In this document: positions 18,064 to 20,000 of the stretch, in pieces
How positions within the stretch are numbered: the stretch's first letter is position 1
Layout: every line of letters begins with the position of its first letter
Source of the DNA: an uncultured virus (IMG/VR IMGVR_UViG_3300018878_000121)
Taxonomy: Duplodnaviria; Heunggongvirae; Uroviricota; Caudoviricetes
IMG/VR virus record: IMGVR_UViG_3300018878_000121
Span: 106,354-126,353 of that record
DNA: 20,000 nucleotides
Direction: 5' to 3' (one strand)
The notes under the pieces: generated by a model
What the model saw: only the letters and a program-made list of their open reading frames with translations
Databases searched by the model: none
What the model was told of the DNA's origin: nothing
Made by a program: the position numbers and the translations under genes

Positions 18064-19605
18064 TTATTCATTATATTCAAAAGCTGATTCTTCATCTAAT
18101 TTAATTTTGATATCTTTCATATCTATTAATTCATAATCATATGAAGTACAAAACATAGGTTGAATTCTACAACAACCCAAATCTGCTTTACACCATAAAT
18201 AAACACCTTTATAACGTCCTCGTCTATTTTTATAAACAGACAATTTAATTGTGGGTTTATCAAAAACATTAGTTGCTAAAATTGTTTCTAAAGCTTGAAT
18301 ATCTTCTTCTTTTACATTTAATAAAATCGCACCCACGTCAATTTTATCGGCAATTGCTTTAGCACCTCTCAGTAATGTTTGGTCTGGAGTTTTTGATTCG
18401 GCAAAATCACCATTTAACTGCGTTGCTGACATAATAAACACTCCATATTGATTACAAATATCTTTTAATCGTGTAGATAACATAAATAAAATATTATCTT
18501 CACGCAATTTAATACCGCCACTTCTTCGCGTTATTTCTTCAAGAATTTTTAAACTTGTATGAATATAGTCATGAAAAATATAATATACATCATGGTCACG
18601 AATATTTCTTTTAATTGTATTTTCTACATCTTTTAAAGAAAAATCTGGCAATTCTTCTACATAAAGTGGAGCATTAGATAAGATTTTAGCTGCTTCTAAA
18701 ACCCTTTCTTCTTCATTACCATCATATTGACCATTTAAAATATGCTCTTCATTAACATTAGATATAAAAGCTAACATCATAGTTTGAACTTCTTCAAGTT
18801 CCTGTTCTGTTGTAATGAACAATACTGGTCTATTAACACCACAACTAATCCATCCAAAAGATTCATCATAAATTTTATTACAAGCAATATAACAAGCATC
18901 AGCTATCATACTTCTTGTTTTTCCAACACCTGTAGCTGCTGAACGCAAATAAAATTTTTTTAATCTTGCTCCACGAGTAACTGTATTAATCAATGGTCCA
19001 TATAATGGAACACCAACTTCTGGATGTTGTTTAAATTTATCAATCAATTCAAAAATTCCATCGGCGGCTTGACTGGCTTCTCCATCACTATCATCCACAT
19101 ATTGAAGTCTAATATTATCAATTTTTTTATCAACTTGGTCAGCAATCTCTTCAAGATTTACATTATCCAACCAATCTTCTTGAATTTGTTTCTTTTTTAC
19201 ATCAAGAATATTATTTGGGTCATATAAATCAGAAATATCAATGCCGCAATTATCATAAGCTCTTAAAAGAGTGAACTTTTTTAATCTATTATAATAATAA
19301 TCAAATGTTGAACTCATACAAGTTTCAGCAGCTTTTAAAATCCACTCTTCACCTTTTTGTTGTTTATATATTGCCGCACTTTTTGGTCTATTGGATAGAA
19401 AATCTGATATATTTTCTAATGTAATTTTTTTTGCTCCCAATTCATAAATTTTATAAATTGCTCCAAAAATTATACGATGGAATTCATCTGGAAAATCTTC
19501 ATCTGTAATAATATATTTATCAGTAAAATCTAAAATTTGCGGTGTATTATATACACATCCAATTACTTGAATAATTGCTTGTATATCTACATATTGTGAT
19601 GCCAT
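18064..19605 (-). CDS. dnaB: Replicative DnaB-like helicase (SF4)
   Basis: N-terminal EDF...HRIIFGAI, Walker A AATGVGKT, ITTEQ, DYIH, ATQLN and KNRRG. Confidence 0.9.
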   Translation of the reverse strand: MASQYVDIQAIIQVIGCVYNTPQILDFTDKYIITDEDFPDEFHRIIFGAIYKIYELGAKKITLENISDFLSNRPKSAAIYKQQKGEEWILKAAETCMSSTFDYYYNRLKKFTLLRAYDNCGIDISDLYDPNNILDVKKKQIQEDWLDNVNLEEIADQVDKKIDNIRLQYVDDSDGEASQAADGIFELIDKFKQHPEVGVPLYGPLINTVTRGARLKKFYLRSAATGVGKTRSMIADACYIACNKIYDESFGWISCGVNRPVLFITTEQELEEVQTMMLAFISNVNEEHILNGQYDGNEEERVLEAAKILSNAPLYVEELPDFSLKDVENTIKRNIRDHDVYYIFHDYIHTSLKILEEITRRSGGIKLREDNILFMLSTRLKDICNQYGVFIMSATQLNGDFAESKTPDQTLLRGAKAIADKIDVGAILLNVKEEDIQALETILATNVFDKPTIKLSVYKNRRGRYKGVYLWCKADLGCCRIQPMFCTSYDYELIDMKDIKIKLDEESAFEYNE

Positions 19606-20000
19606 TAAACATCATCCTCCTATTCTTCATCCAAAAACGTAAATAATTTTCTTTTTGGCTTAATTTTTCGTTTTGGAATTGGAATAATTATTTCTTGTAC
19701 TTCCGGCACATATTCTTTAATTACTTTATTTTCATTTTTTTGTTTAGCTTCCCATAAGCTATAATAATAATTAAAAGCATTTTGATACACATATGGAACT
19801 ATACCTATACCACCATTTGCTTTTTCAATATCACCATTTTTAACTTCATAATGATAAACTAATGCTTTTTGAATTCCAGAATATGTATATTTATAATTAT
19901 TTATATATTCATTAATTTGTTTACGAATACGAGCATCCACATATGAAATATTAAATAATTTCATAATATAATTTTCTAAATCATTTTTTTCTTTTTCAAA
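19605..20000 (-). CDS. Hypothetical replication-associated protein, partial; in-frame TAG at 19620-19622
   Basis: The frame is open to the window edge. Read-through gives ...FLDEE(TAG)EDDV-TAA, with the TAA overlapping the dnaB ATG (TAATG). Confidence 0.7.

Noticed and set aside
1530..19227. Plus-strand ORFs (1530, 4163, 5800, 7069, 9469, 13709, 14100, 14806, 19024) and nested minus-strand ORF 10375..10566
   Set aside because: These are short shadow frames overlapping well-supported genes, with no recognisable motifs.
1..20000. Suppressor tRNA, CRISPR array or reverse-transcriptase-linked system
   Set aside because: No cloverleaf, spaced repeat array or RT motif was seen, and intergenic space is minimal once TAG is read through. 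The suppressor machinery must lie outside this window.

Overview
AT-rich bacteriophage DNA replication and nucleotide-metabolism region with every gene on the minus strand. It is probably a large phage of an anaerobic Firmicute, judging by the sigmaA-type promoters, AGGAG-type RBSs and class III RNR. Transcription order (right to left): hypothetical, DnaB-like helicase, small ORF, primase, small ORF, RecJ/DHH exonuclease, secreted lysozyme-like protein, small ORFs, Dda/RecD-like helicase, DnaE-type DNA polymerase, Zn-ribbon protein, guanylate kinase, nrdD, MuF-like protein, nrdG, small ORFs, dUTPase, RuvC-like resolvase, holin-like protein. The supplied ORF track misses two major things. (1) TAG is read as sense, almost certainly Gln (translation table 15): 13 in-frame TAGs interrupt 9 otherwise intact genes, and no complete gene ends in TAG. 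(2) dnaE is split immediately before its catalytic DID motif by a group I intron (9170-10351) carrying a GIY-YIG/NUMOD3 homing endonuclease that itself needs TAG read-through. Also found: a repeated long-spaced candidate phage promoter motif (TTGGNC-N29-TKAWATA) and a hairpin that sequesters the RBS of the holin-like gene.
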